DNA from: a virus
Taxonomy: Duplodnaviria; Caudoviricetes
IMG/VR virus record: IMGVR_UViG_3300008111_000023
Location: 1 to 64,000 of that record
Reading direction: 5' to 3' (one strand)
Length of the DNA stretch: 64,000 bases
The notes below the pieces were generated by a model, which ran no database searches, was not told the DNA's origin, and was given only the letters and a program-made list of their open reading frames with translations. The translations under genes were made by a program, and so were the position numbers. Positions 17,281 to 32,600 of this stretch are shown in pieces. The first letter of the stretch is position 1; each line of letters opens with the position of its first letter.

Positions 17281-20200
17281 ATGACCACAACCTCTAGACA
17301 AAATAACTTAATCTTAAATGAAGATTGGACTAGAATCTATCAGACTTTCAAAAGTGCTGACTTCAAAAGCTACGACTTTGAAAATCTTCGTAGAGTTATT
17401 ATTGCCTATTTCCGTGAAAACTATCCTGAAGATTTTAACGACTACATTGAAAGTTCTGAATATCTAGCACTAATTGATGCAATTGCATTTTTAGGACAAA
17501 GTCTTGCTTTTCGTATAGACCTAGCCAGTAGAGAAAACTTTATTGAATTAGCCGAACGCAAAGAAAGTGTTCTACGTCTTGCAAAAATGCTTAGTTATAA
17601 TGCCAAAAGAAATATCGCATCTAAAGGGTTATTGAAGTTTGATACTGTAAGCACTACCGAATCGGTTCTAGACAACAACGGAAAAAATCTTGCTCAACAG
17701 ACTATTGTGTGGAATGACCCTACTAATTCTAACTGGGCTGAACAATTTATCACTGTATTAAATGCATCAATGGCTGATAATACAGTGTTTGGTCGTAGTC
17801 AAGGCACATCTGTAATTGACGACATTGCTACAGACCAATATAGATTTAGAACAGCATCAACCGATGTGCCAATCTTTACATTTACAAAGATCGTTGCTGG
17901 AAGAAGTATGACGTTTGAATTAGTTAGTACAGGGTTCAAAGGCAAAGAAGAATTGTATGAAGAACCACCAGTACCTGGTAATCAACTAGGATTTGTATAT
18001 AGGAATGATGGAAAAGGCGGCACTAGTTCAAACACTGGATTTTTCTTAATGTTTAAACAAGGCAGTTTAGAACTTGCAGATTTTTCAATAGATGTACCTA
18101 CAACTAACGAATTAATAGCCATCGATAGTAACAATATCAATAATGACGATATTTGGCTGTACTCATTAAACTCATTAGGCGCACAGTTAAATGAATGGAC
18201 TAAGGTATCGTCTTTGATAGGAAACAATATTTCTTATAACAGTATTGAATCCAACATTAGAAATATATATTCGGTAATCACTAAAGAAAATGACAGAGTT
18301 GACCTAGCATTCTCCGATGGTGTTTACGGAAATTTGCCCTCTGGTGCATTTAGAGTCTATTACAGGATTAGCAATGGCCTAGTTTATCAAATTGCGCCTA
18401 GCGAAATGCGAGGAATTAGTATAGCTGTTCCTTATATTAATAAGTCTGGAGTAAGACATACACTAACAATAACTTTGAGTTTAAAATATACAGTGAGTTC
18501 GTCGTCGGCCTCAGAGTCAGTAGCATCAATTAGACAAAACGCACCAGCACAATATTACACACAAAATAGAATGATTACCGGTGAAGATTATAATCTTGCA
18601 CCACTTTCTTCCTCACAAAATATATTAAAAGTAAAAGCTATCAATCGAGTTTCAAGCGGAATAAGCAGAAACTTTGATCTAATTGATGCCAGCGGAAAAT
18701 ATTCAAATGTTAATGTTTTTGCTTCAGACGGCCTTATCTACAAAGATGAAATAGAAAGATCACTGGCCTTTAAGTATTCTAATAGAATTGATATTATTAA
18801 TTTTATTAAAAATAGCATTGAACCAATTTTTACCGCAACAGATATCTATAATTTTTATCTAACTAAGTTTGATAAAATTTTGTTTACAGATATTAATTAC
18901 AGATGGACTCAACTAACTACCGACGTTAATAGTTCTACAGGTTATTTTTACAATAGTATAGATTCTACAATTTTAAAAGTGGGAACATATACCACAAGTA
19001 CATTAAAATATGCAAATTCTGAAGCATTGATTAAATTCACAGCCCCAGAAGGTAAATCTTTTAAAAGAGGCAAACTAGTAGATACCAACGCCTCTGATCC
19101 AGAACAAACTAATTTATTATGGACTAAGATTATTAAAGTAGTTGGAGATGGTACTAATGCCGGTAGAGGTGTATTGAGTACAGGATTAGGTCCAGTTCAG
19201 TTCAGTGATGTGATTCCTACAGGTGCAATTGCAACTAGAATTATTCCAAAATTTGTTTCAAATTTAACTGCGGGATTAGAATTAGAAATGACAAATTTGT
19301 TATTTTCAAATTTAAATTTTGGATTAAGGTATTCTATAATTGAATCGTCATGGAAGTTAATTACCTCTGCCAATTTAAATTTATTAGATAATTTTAATCT
19401 TGGTAAATCGGGAGACACGTCTAACAGCAGTTTAGATTCGTCTTGGATTATTGCATTCATTAAAGAAGCAGACGAATATTTTGTAAGAATTCGTGGACTT
19501 GATTATATATTTGGAAGCCTTGAAGAAAACAGATTTTATTTTGATTCAGCGCAAAAAACTTATGACAGTAAAACAGGCAACGTAATAAAAGATCAAGTTA
19601 ATGTGTTAAGTATAAATCCTGATAGTAATTTATTAGGTCCGTTAAAACAAGACATTATCTTTGAAATTAGTGATACGATAAAATACGATGACGGATACCA
19701 AAGTACCAACGAACTAAAAATAGCGTTTTCTGATACCGATGACGACGGAGTAATTGATAATCCTGAAGCATTTGAACAGATTGTGGGAACTGATCTAGCT
19801 CTCAATTATTTGTTTTTTAAACAATCTACAGATATTGCAGGAAATACAATAAAAGAATATGTAGATAACAGTGATAATCATATTACTATTGTTCAGAAAG
19901 AAAGTCTAGTAAACGTTAACAATTATAATAACGGAGATTTAATATATTTTTATAACAGCGATGAAAATGTTATAAAGCGAGTAGATAGAACAACAAATAC
20001 ATTGATATTAGAAAGTACCTATCAAGCAAATATTGGTCGTGCCGGATTGAAATTTCAGTACGTACACAATGCCAACGTTGATCGAAGAATTGATCCAAGT
20101 TCTAGTAATATTATAGATGTATACCTATTAACAAGAAGTTATAATACCGCTTTTAGAAATTATCTAGCAGGAGTTGGAACTGAACCCGAAGCACCAAATA

Positions 20201-20682
20201 GTGATAGTCTGAGAATAAGTTTTGGTTCTAATTTAGATTTGATAAAATCTATTAGTGACGAAATTATATATCATCCTGTAACTTATAAAGTTCTTTTTGG
20301 GCCTACGGCAGACGTAAAGTTGCAGGCAAAATTTAAAGTGGTAAAAAATACCAACAGATTAATCAATGATAACGATTTAAAAGTTAGGATTATTAATTCA
20401 ATAAATGAATTTTTTGATATTAATAATTGGGATTTTGGAGATAAATTTTATGTTAGCGAACTGATAACTTATATTGTTAATACTGTTTCTCCTAATATTA
20501 GTAATATTGCTATTCTTCCAAGACAGCTAACACAATCGTTTGGTAGTTTATTTGAGATACAAAGCAGAGTAGATGAAATTTTTGTCAGCGGAGCAACAGT
20601 GGACGATATAGAAATCGTTTCCTCTCTTTCAGCATCCGAACTTAGAATTTCTTCTGATGAAATCATATCGAGTACAAATTAA
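17281..20682 (+). CDS. gp6: Baseplate wedge subunit gp6-like
   Basis: DFENLR..., ENFIELAERKESVLRLAKMLSY, FSDGVYGNLP, ESVASIRQNAP..YYTQNRMITGEDY. Confidence 0.85.
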   Translation: MTTTSRQNNLILNEDWTRIYQTFKSADFKSYDFENLRRVIIAYFRENYPEDFNDYIESSEYLALIDAIAFLGQSLAFRIDLASRENFIELAERKESVLRLAKMLSYNAKRNIASKGLLKFDTVSTTESVLDNNGKNLAQQTIVWNDPTNSNWAEQFITVLNASMADNTVFGRSQGTSVIDDIATDQYRFRTASTDVPIFTFTKIVAGRSMTFELVSTGFKGKEELYEEPPVPGNQLGFVYRNDGKGGTSSNTGFFLMFKQGSLELADFSIDVPTTNELIAIDSNNINNDDIWLYSLNSLGAQLNEWTKVSSLIGNNISYNSIESNIRNIYSVITKENDRVDLAFSDGVYGNLPSGAFRVYYRISNGLVYQIAPSEMRGISIAVPYINKSGVRHTLTITLSLKYTVSSSSASESVASIRQNAPAQYYTQNRMITGEDYNLAPLSSSQNILKVKAINRVSSGISRNFDLIDASGKYSNVNVFASDGLIYKDEIERSLAFKYSNRIDIINFIKNSIEPIFTATDIYNFYLTKFDKILFTDINYRWTQLTTDVNSSTGYFYNSIDSTILKVGTYTTSTLKYANSEALIKFTAPEGKSFKRGKLVDTNASDPEQTNLLWTKIIKVVGDGTNAGRGVLSTGLGPVQFSDVIPTGAIATRIIPKFVSNLTAGLELEMTNLLFSNLNFGLRYSIIESSWKLITSANLNLLDNFNLGKSGDTSNSSLDSSWIIAFIKEADEYFVRIRGLDYIFGSLEENRFYFDSAQKTYDSKTGNVIKDQVNVLSINPDSNLLGPLKQDIIFEISDTIKYDDGYQSTNELKIAFSDTDDDGVIDNPEAFEQIVGTDLALNYLFFKQSTDIAGNTIKEYVDNSDNHITIVQKESLVNVNNYNNGDLIYFYNSDENVIKRVDRTTNTLILESTYQANIGRAGLKFQYVHNANVDRRIDPSSSNIIDVYLLTRSYNTAFRNYLAGVGTEPEAPNSDSLRISFGSNLDLIKSISDEIIYHPVTYKVLFGPTADVKLQAKFKVVKNTNRLINDNDLKVRIINSINEFFDINNWDFGDKFYVSELITYIVNTVSPNISNIAILPRQLTQSFGSLFEIQSRVDEIFVSGATVDDIEIVSSLSASELRISSDEIISSTN

Positions 20683-20684
20683 AA

Positions 20685-23600
20685 ATGGCAGATAAATTTT
20701 TTCCAGATAGTCAACTTCCTATAAGAAAGACATTAGATCTCTTGCCTCAGATTTTTCAAACTGAAGCAAACTCAAAGTTTCTTGCAGGAGCTCTAGACCC
20801 GTTGGTTCAACCGGGTGTCTTAGAAAAGAAAGTAGGATACATTGGCAAAAGATACGGAAAAACGTACAAACCTAATGAGATCTATCTAGACACAGATCAA
20901 ACTTTGCGCAGTCGGTATCAATTAGAGCCCGGCGTTGTTGTAGAAACAGATGGCAAAATTAAAAATTTCTATGATTATCTAGACTTTAAAAATCAATTAA
21001 AGTTTTTTAATAATAGTGAAGAGCGAGATGATCTAATTACAGCTCAGGAACATTATACTTGGTCACCGCCTATAGATTGGGATAAGTTTGTAAACTATAG
21101 AGAATACTATTGGGCACCAGACGGACCGCCCCCTATCAAGATTCTAGGCCAAGCTCAAAATATTACTAGCACCTATCGAGTAGGTCTCGGTGTGGGCAGC
21201 GTTTATATCTTCACTCCTGACGGACTAACAAATAATCCAACCTTAACATTATATCGAGGACAAACATATAAGTTTCAGGTTAATGTTCCGGGAAATCCTT
21301 TATTATTTAGAACTACAATTGATACAGGCACATTACTTTACAATCCTGATTTTCAATATTCTAAAGGACAATTAGTTGTCTTTGATAGCAAATTATGGAA
21401 AGCAAAAAATAATATAACCGGCAACGACGGTAGTACCATTGATGAAAATACCGACGACTGGGAATTTGTTGATTTTACCGCTGTATCATCATCCGCATTA
21501 AATTATACAAAGGGTATAACAAATTCAGGAATTGAAAACGGAACCATCACTTTTGAAGTTCCGTTAAATGCTCCGGATGTATTATACTATCAAAGTTTTA
21601 CAGATCCTAATAGATTTGGTAGAATTATTATTACTAATATAGAAGAAAACACTAAAATTGATGTAGAAAATGAAATTTTAGGTAAAGCAACCTATACCAG
21701 TAGCAACAACGTAGCTTTTAGTAATGGCATGATTGTTTATTTTATTGGAAAAGTTTTTCCAGAAAAATATAGTAGTAATACGTCTAACAACAAATGGGTA
21801 GTTGAGGGTGTAGGAGAAAAAATATCTTTAACTAATGTTGCCGACCTAATTGTGTCTACTACCTTCTCAGACACTGCCCCTGAGATATTATTTGATAATG
21901 GCGGTTTTGATACACAGCCATTTGACGATGCTAGCGCATATCCTGGAAAGAAAGATTACATTACTATTAATCGTTCTAGCCTAGATTCAAACCCTTGGAG
22001 CCGATACAATCGTTGGTATCATCGAGCAGTTTTAGATTATGCCCATACTCTAAATAATTCTAATTTTGATGCTCCGGAAACAACTCGAGCAAAACGTCCA
22101 ATTATTGAATTCAAACCTAATTTGCAGTTGTTTAATCATGGCTCAATTGCCAAAGCTGCTGTTGACTATGTTGATGATTTTACAACTGATGTATTTTCAG
22201 TTATTGAAGGCAGTACAGGTTATATTGTTGACGGTGAATATCTATTCAATGGTGCAAGACTGTTAATAACCAACGATACCGACACGCTAGCTAACAATCA
22301 AATTTACATTGTAAATTTTATTACTCACAATAATGTTAAACAAATTAGCCTAACTCGCGAATCTAATGTTGATACTCAGGCCGGAGACGGAGTATTAATA
22401 CGTCGAGGTATAAAGAATAAAGGAGTAATGTATCATTTTAACGGAATTGATTGGGTTCAGAGTCAATTAAAAACTGCAACAAATCAAGAACCGCTATTTG
22501 ATATGTTTGATGATAACGAAGTTAGTTTTGGAGATGCTGAAACGTATCCGGTTAGCTCGTTCGTAGGAACTCCTATTCTAAGTTATAAAATTGGTTCAGG
22601 ACCAACGGATATTGAATTAGGATTTAGCATTAGCTATCTCAATATAGATAATGTGGGTGATATACAATTTAATTTTAATATTGATGCAGATTCATTTAAC
22701 TATAAACTTGACAACATTAATTACTCTAAAGAAATTTCAACAGGATATTTGAAATTTAATAATGATGAAAGTTTTATTAATGCATGGAACACACTAGATT
22801 CTAATTATGTCCAACCAATAATTGACAGCGTAGATATTACAGAATCTACAAACGAAATTACCACAACTATGGTTGATTGGAATTTGTTGGACGATAAGGA
22901 CATCCGTAAAATACTAGTTTATCTTAACGGAGTACATGTTCGATCGGGTTTTACTAGAACCGCAGGTACATTTGTATTTGACAAACAATTTACAGTAGGT
23001 GATACGGTAGCAATTAAACTGTTTGCTGACATTGATCCCAACACAGGCTATTACGAAATTCCTTTGGGATTAGAAAAAAATCCCCTAAACGAAAAAATAA
23101 AAACATTTACTTTAGGACAGGCATCTGATCATTTAGCCACAGGATTAGAACTATTAGAAGACTTTACCGGAATATTTCCAGGATTGAATAATCTAAGAGA
23201 TATTAGCGGTTATCAAACGTTAACAAGAAGATTTTTAAAACACTCAAGTCCATCTCCATTATCTATTGCACTATTATGTAATAAAGAAAATAATATTATA
23301 AAATCTATTCAGTATGCAAAAAAATCATACACTGATTTTAAAAATAATTTTATTACTCTAGCATATGAAATATATTACGATCAAACTGCAAATGATTTTG
23401 TAGACTCTATTCTAGAAGAGATTAGTAGAACTCAAGATATCAACAGACCCTTTGCTGGATCTGACATGATAGGTAGTGGTGCCCATACTACTATAAATTA
23501 TACTGTTGAAGATACAGGAATTAAAACATTTGCTCTTTCAGAAAAATTTGATCTAAAAAGCCTAAGCTCACGGGCAGTTTACGTTTACTTTAATAATCAG

Positions 23601-26600
23601 CAATTATTAGTAAATCGAGATTATGAATTTAATTCTACATTTGGATTTGTTAATTTAATGATTAATTTAACAGAAGGAGACGTAATTCAAATTAGAGAAT
23701 ATACTTCAACGGCTATTAATTTTATACCACCGACTCCAACTAAGTTGGGATTATATAAAAAATATACTCCCAGAAAATTTGTTGACGATACGTATGTGGA
23801 CCCAAAAGAAGTAATTCAAGGACACGACGGAAGCATAACAATTGCCTACGGCGATTTTAGAGATGACGTTTTATTAGAATTAGAAACTCGAATTTACAAC
23901 AATATCAAACAAGAATATAACGAGTCTATAATCAACATCGATAATATTCTAGGCGGATATTATGGAAATGCACTCTATGGAAAACCAGCATTAGATAAAA
24001 TTATTTCTTCAGAATTTTTAAATTGGATTTCTGGAACAAATATTGATTATGTAAACAATTTATATTTCGACAGTGAAAATAGTTTTACATATACCTATAG
24101 TAATATGGTAGATCCAACAGGCACTCAAAACTTGCCAGGATACTGGAAAGGTGTTTATAGTTGGTTTTACGATACATACAGGCCACACACAAATCCTTGG
24201 GAAATGTTAGGCTTTAGTGAAAAACCATTATGGTGGGAAACTGAATACGGTCCTGCCCCGTATACAAGCAATAACCTAATTCTTTGGGAAGATCTTAGAG
24301 ACGGTATTATTCGTCAAGGAGAAAGAGCAGGTACTAGAGATAGATACAAGCGTCCATCGATCATGAGTCACATTCCTGTAGATGGCGATGGCAAATTGTT
24401 AAGTCCGTTAGATTCGGGATTGGCCGGTAATTTTTCTTTGATCAATAATCAAGGAGCATTCAAAATAGGGGACGATGCGCCAGTTGAAGCAGCCTGGAGA
24501 ACAAGTTCAGAGTGGCCGTTTGCAATAATTTCTGCTCTTGCCCTATTAAAACCTTTTGAATTTATTACTGATAATTTTAATAAATCATTTATATCAACTA
24601 ACAAGCTAGGTCAGACAATAAATTTAAAAACTAATTTATTTTCTACTTTTAATGATTTTGTCTATGAGAATACAACAGACACTCCGGTTTCAGGATTAGT
24701 AGTTTATATTACAAACTATTTAAAAAGTACCGCTGCGTCAACAGCTACCTTAGAAGATATTGTTGGAAACATAAATGTAAAATTATCTAACAGAATTTCT
24801 GGTTTTGTTGATCAGCAACAACAAAAATATATTTTAGATAGTAAAAATCCTAGATCTACATCTAATAGTGTTTTTATTCCGCCAGAAAATTATGACATTA
24901 TTTTTAACGTTAGTTCGCCAATTTTCAATTTATCCTATAGCGGAGTTATTTTAGAAAAAGTTAATACCGGATGGAAAATTTCAGGATACGACAATTCGAC
25001 TCCGTTGTTTTACTATTACCAGCCAACTGATTCTCAATCTGATCCTTTAATTTCGGTTGGCGGTCTAAGTGAAAATTTCTTAGATTGGACTGAAAACACA
25101 TTCTACGGCAACGGTGTAATTTGCAGATTTAAAGATAAATTCTATAGATGTCTTAGTAGCCATACGAGCTCAACTGAATTTTTAGAAAGCACAAACGGTT
25201 TAAATATTTGGAAACAACTACCGTCGTTGCCGTTAAATGGTGCAGTAGAAGCATTTAGAAGAAGAAATTTTAATAAATTAAAACTTAAAACTCTGTCATA
25301 TGGTACTATATTAACCAGTATACAACAGGTAGTTGATTTCTTGTTAGGCTATCAAGAATATCTTAAATCTGTTGGATTTATATTTGACGGATATGATAGA
25401 AATTCTTCAACATCATTTGATTGGTATACTTCTGCTAAAGAATTTATGTTCTGGTCTAAGCACAATTGGGCTGAAAATTCTTTACTTACACTTAGCCCTT
25501 CAGCAACTTACATAAAAATTAAATTTAATATCGGTGTAGTTGATAACATTTTAGACAGTTTCTATGATTACCAAGTTTTGAAAAATGACGGAAATCCTCT
25601 ACAGCCTAGATTTATTAATGTTAATAGAGACTTTCAAGAAATCGTAGTATCTACTACAAATACTACAGACGGAATATATTTTTTAAGAATGCACTTCGTA
25701 CTTAAAGAGCATGTAGTAGTATTTGATGATCGAACAGTGTTTAACGACATACTCTATGACAAGCCAACTGGTTATCGTCAGGAACGAATTAAGAGTCGTG
25801 GATTCCGCACAGTTGACTGGGACGGTGATTACACCAGTCCTGGATTCTTGTTTGACAATGTTAATATTGATGTTTGGCAACCATTTACAGATTATAAATT
25901 AGGCGATATTGTTGCATATAAATCTTATAATTGGACCAGCAAAAAAACTCAGTTGGGTTCTGCAGAATTTCAAGATGCGTTTTGGTCAAAATTAGATTCT
26001 ACTCCTAGTAAATCGTTGGTGCCTAACTTTGATTATAAAATAAATCAGTTTAGCGACTATTACGAAGTGAACACCGACGGCGTTGGGTCTAGTCAACGAG
26101 ATCTTGCAAGGCACGCAATTGGTTATCAGCAACGAGAATATTTGCAAAATATTGCAGAAGATGAAATTAGTCAGTTTAGAATATATCAAGGATTTATTAG
26201 AGAAAAAGGAACTGCAAATGCTATCGTTAAGGTATTTGACAAACTTAGCAGAACACAAGACGACAGCGTTGTATTAAAAGAAGAATGGGCATTTAAAATT
26301 GGAGAATTTGGAGGAACAAATCAGATAGATGATTTTGAATTTGAAATTAAAAAAGATAATCTTGTAATAAATCCTCAACCGATACTATTAACTTACAGCA
26401 CAAATTCATCTGTTGTTCTAGATCAATATTTAAGAATTAATTCTTCAAATTTTACAATCGCACCTACCCCGTTTACTACAGATTTAAATCGCACATCGTA
26501 CTATGACGGAGTCACTAGATCTGCAGGATACGTGAATACAAATCATGTTGATTTTGTTGTAAGAACAATAGACGATATTGTAAATTTAAACATTGCAGAT

Positions 26601-29600
26601 GTTTATGAAAATGCTCATATATGGATAACGTTTTATAATAATTCTTGGACAGTATTTCGATATAATCAAGAAGTTGCACTACGAGTAGAGTCTTTAATAA
26701 AGATAGATTCTAATGTAGAATTAACACTAAGTCGACTACACAATTTTAAAGTCGGCGATATTGTTGGTTTAAAATACATTGCTAATCTTACAGGCTTTTT
26801 TAAAATTACTGCAATTACAAATAAAACAATTACAGTAATTACTACTAGCACCAACGAACCTGAGATTGAAGATAGTACATCGGCAACTATTGGAATTTTT
26901 ACAGTTGCAAGAAAAACAAATTATCAAGAGTTAGATCCGCAACAGGCCTCATTGTTATCTCTTTCAGCAAGGATTTGGGTAGATGCAAATGAATCCGATA
27001 AATGGGAAGTTATTGAAAAAACCAAACAGTATACTACCTACGAATTAAGTGAATACGGAATCACAACCCCTGTGGGCACTGGCACATCGGTAGTCTATAT
27101 TGATAACCTAAAACAAATTGCCACAGGCATTCCGGGATCGGGTTATGTAATGATTTATACAACCAAGGCTTCTGGTGAAGTTATTGGCCTAAAACAAATT
27201 GTGCCACCGCCCGATGGATTTGAAACTGCGGTTGGAACATCGTTTGGAAAAGTATTAGCAGTTAGTCCGGATTACAAGTGGTTAGCTGTAGGATCTCCAA
27301 ATGCCAGCGGAGTAAAGAGTGCATATCAAGGCGAATTGTATCAATATAGAAGTTATCTTGCAGGCGAGATTGTGCTATATCAAGGAAAACTTTGGGAAGC
27401 CATTGATAACATTGATCTAGGTGACGGTAGTTCTATTAACTTTAACAGCGACGATTGGAAGCCAGCAACTATAGTTAACGCTAATCCTGCTGCCCGAGGC
27501 GACGGATTCACCGACCAGGGAATGATATCCTTGTACAAATACAGTCAAGGACAGTGGGAAATTGCCTACAGTTTTGTTAGTCCAAGACAAGCGGCCTACG
27601 AAGAATTTGGTTCAGCAATTACTATTGGTGTTTCTGGAACAACATATTATATGGCAGTATCTGCTCTAGGGTCATTATGTGATCCTGCAGTAGGACCAAA
27701 TACTGGTAAAGGAAGAATTTACCTTTATCAATACAACGGCACAGAGTGGAGACATTTAGAAAATACAAAGTACCTAGGAGTGTATCAACCATCACCCTTG
27801 GCATTTTATCCTGCTGGATCAATAGTATGGTCTAATGATAGTTTATGGGAAGCATTATACGACAACACCGGCGACGGCAGTTCGTTATCCTTAGAGTCAA
27901 GTGATTGGAAAAAATTAGATCCTATTTCTACGCAATGTTCGTTGCCAACAAATATTGCAATGGATGATGACGGTTCTACCCTAGCAGAAGGATTACTAAG
28001 TTCAACGCAGTTAGCCGAATTAGTTAAAGAAGGCGATCAGTTTGGTTTTTCTCTTACTATGAGTAGAGACGGACGTTTATTAGTTGTTGGCGCACCAAAT
28101 AGTGACGGTCAATATTTTGCCAATTACCGAGGCGACTGGAATGTTTATCAAGAATATAAAGAAGGTGATGTTGTAAAATATCAAAACGGCTATCATAGAT
28201 TAACCGACGCAACAACATCATCTATTACAAGTCTTGGACAATTTCCAGATGATGGATTACCTTGGTTAAATGTAGGAGATAGTGCATCTCCTTCTACGGG
28301 TAAAATTTACATCTACGAAAGAAATTCAAATGATTTGTACAGTCTAACACAGACAATTACCGCTGATTCTTTAAGCGATATAAACGATACTACGAATTCT
28401 GGGATTATTGGATCGGGGGACCAATTTGGATTTGCCATCGATATTGATGCATCGGGCACAACTATTGTAACAAGTAGTCCCTTAGCAGACATTAACAAAC
28501 AGAATCAAGGAGCAGCATATGTTTTCAAACGGGATGCTACTCAATTTAGGCTAAAACAAAAATTACAAAGCTACGAATATTTTACAAACGAGTATTTTGG
28601 TTCTAGTGTTTCTATCAGTGCTGCAACTGAACGAATTGTAATTGGAGCAAAAAATGCCGGATATGCTGTTGATGCATATTTTACCGATGGTACAACATTT
28701 GATAGAAGAAGAACCTCGTTCTCTTCTTCTAGAGGATTTCCTGGACAAGTCTATGTGTATGAGAGAAAAGATCAGGGATATTTCTTAGTTGAAAAATTAG
28801 AGGCTGAGTTAGTTTCTGGAGAGTCGTTTGGCTATTCTATCGATTGTACCAGTTCTGTAATTGTTGTAGGATCTCCTACCTATCAAGTAGAAGGTGTAGC
28901 AGTTGGTATGGTTAGACTGTTTAAAAAATCACCCGAAACAAATAGTTTCAATGTAATTTCTCAAGAAACACCTTTAGTAGATGTTGACTTGTTGCAAAAT
29001 ATTGAATTATATGATAATGTCAATAATAAAAAAATCACAGACCTTGATGTTGTTGACGGTTTTAAACTTAAAATATTAGGAGTTGCTGAACAAGAAATTT
29101 CCTATAAAACAATTTACGATCCTGCAATATACATGTTGGGTACTGACGACCAAGTAGTTGATGAATCACAACCGTGGTTTGAAAAAAATGTTGGAAAAAT
29201 TTGGTGGGATTTAAGTACAGTTAAATTTATAAATTATGAGCAGGATGATTTTTCCTATAGAATAGGAAACTGGAATTCTCAAGTAGAAGGCTCTTCAATT
29301 GATATCTACGAATGGGTAGAATCTGTACTATTGCCATCGGAGTGGAGTTTGCTTGCCGATACTGTAGAAGGATTAGTTGAAGGTATTTCCGGCCAACCAA
29401 AATTTGCTGACGATACAGTTTACAATACTAAGATTTTGTACAATCCAAACACAGGATTAACTACTGGAACATTGTATTACTATTGGGTTTCTTCAAAGAC
29501 ACTGCTCCCTGCTAATAATCCAAATAGACGAATTTCAGCATCAGCAATTGAAGATTTTATTAATAACCCAATTGGGTCTGGAATTCCGTTTGTAGGGATA

Positions 29601-32600
29601 TTAGGAACAGACAAATTTTTAGCCTATAATTTCCCAGCAGTTATTGGAACAGATACAGCACTGATAAATGTTGAATATACTAAAAATAAAAAACAATTAA
29701 CACCAATTCATAGAGAGTATCAATTATTAACTAGCGGAGTTGCCGACAGTCTGCCTTCTGAATACTTAGAAAAGAAATGGATTGACAGTTTAGTAGGATC
29801 AGACGAAGCTGGAAATGCAGTTCCTGATCCTAAATTGCCAGTTAAGAAACAACAAGGACTAAGTTTTAGGCCTCGACAAAGCATGTTTGTTAATAGAGAT
29901 AAGGCATTAAAGATTGCAATTGACAATATTAATTCTGTACTAATAACTAGACCTTTTGCTGACACGATTGATTTTAGTAATCTTAACAAATTTGATCCTA
30001 TTCCTAGTGAAGTATTAAATCAATATGATTTAGCAGTGGATACCTATATTGATTTGGAACAAGTAGGAACAGTAAAAATTCGTCAGGCAGAATTTACCGC
30101 AAATATTATTAATGGTGAAATTGATACCATTGATATTTCAGATGCAGGGTTTGGATACCGAACAGCTCCTTATATTGAAATTCAAGGCGACGGAATTGGA
30201 GCAAAAGCATTCATTACTTTAAACGCACAAGGTAAAGTAAATTCTATTACATTAACGTCTAAAGGAAAAAAATATACAACAGCTATCGTAAAAATTAGAC
30301 CGTTCTCTGTGTTGGTGCGAAACGATTCTACATTAAACGGATTTTGGAGTATATATGCTTGGGATCAACAACGTAAGATTTTTTATCGTAGTAAATCTCA
30401 AGGATACGATACTACCATTTATTGGGAATTTATCGATTGGTGGAAATTAGGATATTCTATAAATTCTAGAATTATTAAAGAAATTACTAATATATACCAA
30501 GAACCAACTCTAGATCTTTCTGTGGGTGATCTAATCAGAGTTAAAGAATATGGCAATGGCGGATGGGTAATATTAGAAAAGACAATAGAAGGTGACGGAA
30601 ATCTGCTTGGAAATTATAATTTAGTTGGTCGTCAAAATGGCACAATACGGATTACCGATACTCTTTATAATCGGTTGATTAACAGCCTTGGTTATGACAA
30701 TGTCGGTTCTTATGATGCAGCATTGTATGATTTACAACCAACTAAAGAATTACGAATTATTTTACAAGCAGCAAAAGAAAATATATTTGTTGATGACCTA
30801 AGAGTTGAATGGAACAATTTATTCTTCTCTTCGGTAAAATATGCGTTCTCTGAACAGACTTATATTGATTGGGCATTCAAGACAAGTTTCTTAAATGCAA
30901 TTCATAATGTGGGCGATCTCGAACAGAAGACCAACTATAAAAACGATAATTTAGAAAGTTTTCAACAATACATAGAAGAAGTAAAACCCTATAGAACCAG
31001 CATTAGAGAATACACTAGTCGATATACTAAAACTGAGTCTTCTAATTCAGCGGTATCTGATTTTGATCTACCACCTGCATATTCTGTTAGAGACGGTAAA
31101 ATATTACCAGTAAATCAATATTATAATAGATTCAGTGAATATCCATGGAAGTCGTGGTTTGACAACAATGGATATTCTATAGTAGCAATTGAAGTTGCTA
31201 ACGCAGGCGCTGACTATCGCACTCCGCCAACAGTATTAATTACAGGTAATGGTACTGGTGCTACGGCCCAAGCATTTATATCTAATGGTCGAGTGTCTGG
31301 AATTAGAGTTATTACTAATGGTAGTGGTTATACACAAACTCCAACAGTATCATTAGTAGGCGGCAACGGAACATCAATTAATATTGCTAGAGCTGTAGCA
31401 GTTCTTGGCGACACACCTGTTAGATCCTTTGATCTAACAATGAAGTTTGATAGAACAAATAAAATTGGTACTTATAATGATTTTGAATATTCACAAACTT
31501 TTATTGCTACGGGATATAGTTCAATATTTGATCTAAATTATGCTCCAACTAGAGATAAAGGAAAAATTACAGTAGTTAAAAACAATCAGTTAGTAATTAC
31601 CAATGAATATGAAATTAGTCTATATACTTCAACAATAGATACGTATGAATTATTAAAGGGTAAATTGAAATTTTTTACAAATCCAAATGCAGGGGACGTA
31701 ATTGTAATTAACTATGAAAAAAATACTGAATTGTTTAATAGCATAGATAGAATACGTAAATTTTATCAACCAACAGCCGGCATGAAAGGTAATGATCTTG
31801 GTCAATTAATGACCGGAGTTGACTTTGGCGGTGTACAGGTGCAAGGTACAACTTTTGATGTTACTGGCGGGTGGGATGCTCTGCCATGGTTCACAGACAG
31901 TTGGGATAGTGTAGAATCTAGTAATGATTTTTATTATGTAGCAGATGGTAGCACAACATTTGTTGTCTTACCTTATACACCAGAAAACAACCAACCTATT
32001 TCGATCTATATTAAACGAGTTGGAGATCAACGTCCGATTAGAATTGATGATCCTAATTATACTCCTAGCTGGGATTCTAGTGTAGCAACTAATCCCAACG
32101 CCGAAATGCCAACATTCGTTGGAGATGGATCTACAAATATAATTGAAGTCCATCGATATTTAAGTACCAATTCTGGAGATACACTAATCTTTAGAAAATT
32201 AGAAAGTGACGGTTCTGTTGTTATTAGTGATGTAAATTTATTAGATACAAGAATTAGCGGCGGATCGTTATCGAACATTAATGGCGCATATGTAACTGCC
32301 GCTGGATTAACTCCAGAAGAAATAGTTATAGACGGAGAAAAATTTATCAGTCCAGATCAAGTGCCGGCACCCGAAGAGAATATTCCAGGCCAAGTACTTG
32401 ATAGTTTAAGTATCAAGGTATTTAATAAAACCAATCCGGGTGCAGCCCCAATACAAAATAATGTTATTATTGGAGATGGTGTCAGAACTAGATTTACAAT
32501 AGGATTATCCATCTTTGAAGCAACGTCGGTAATGGTATATGTTAATAAAGTTAAACAAGAATATATTGGTGATAGTACTATAAATTACACCATAGATTTT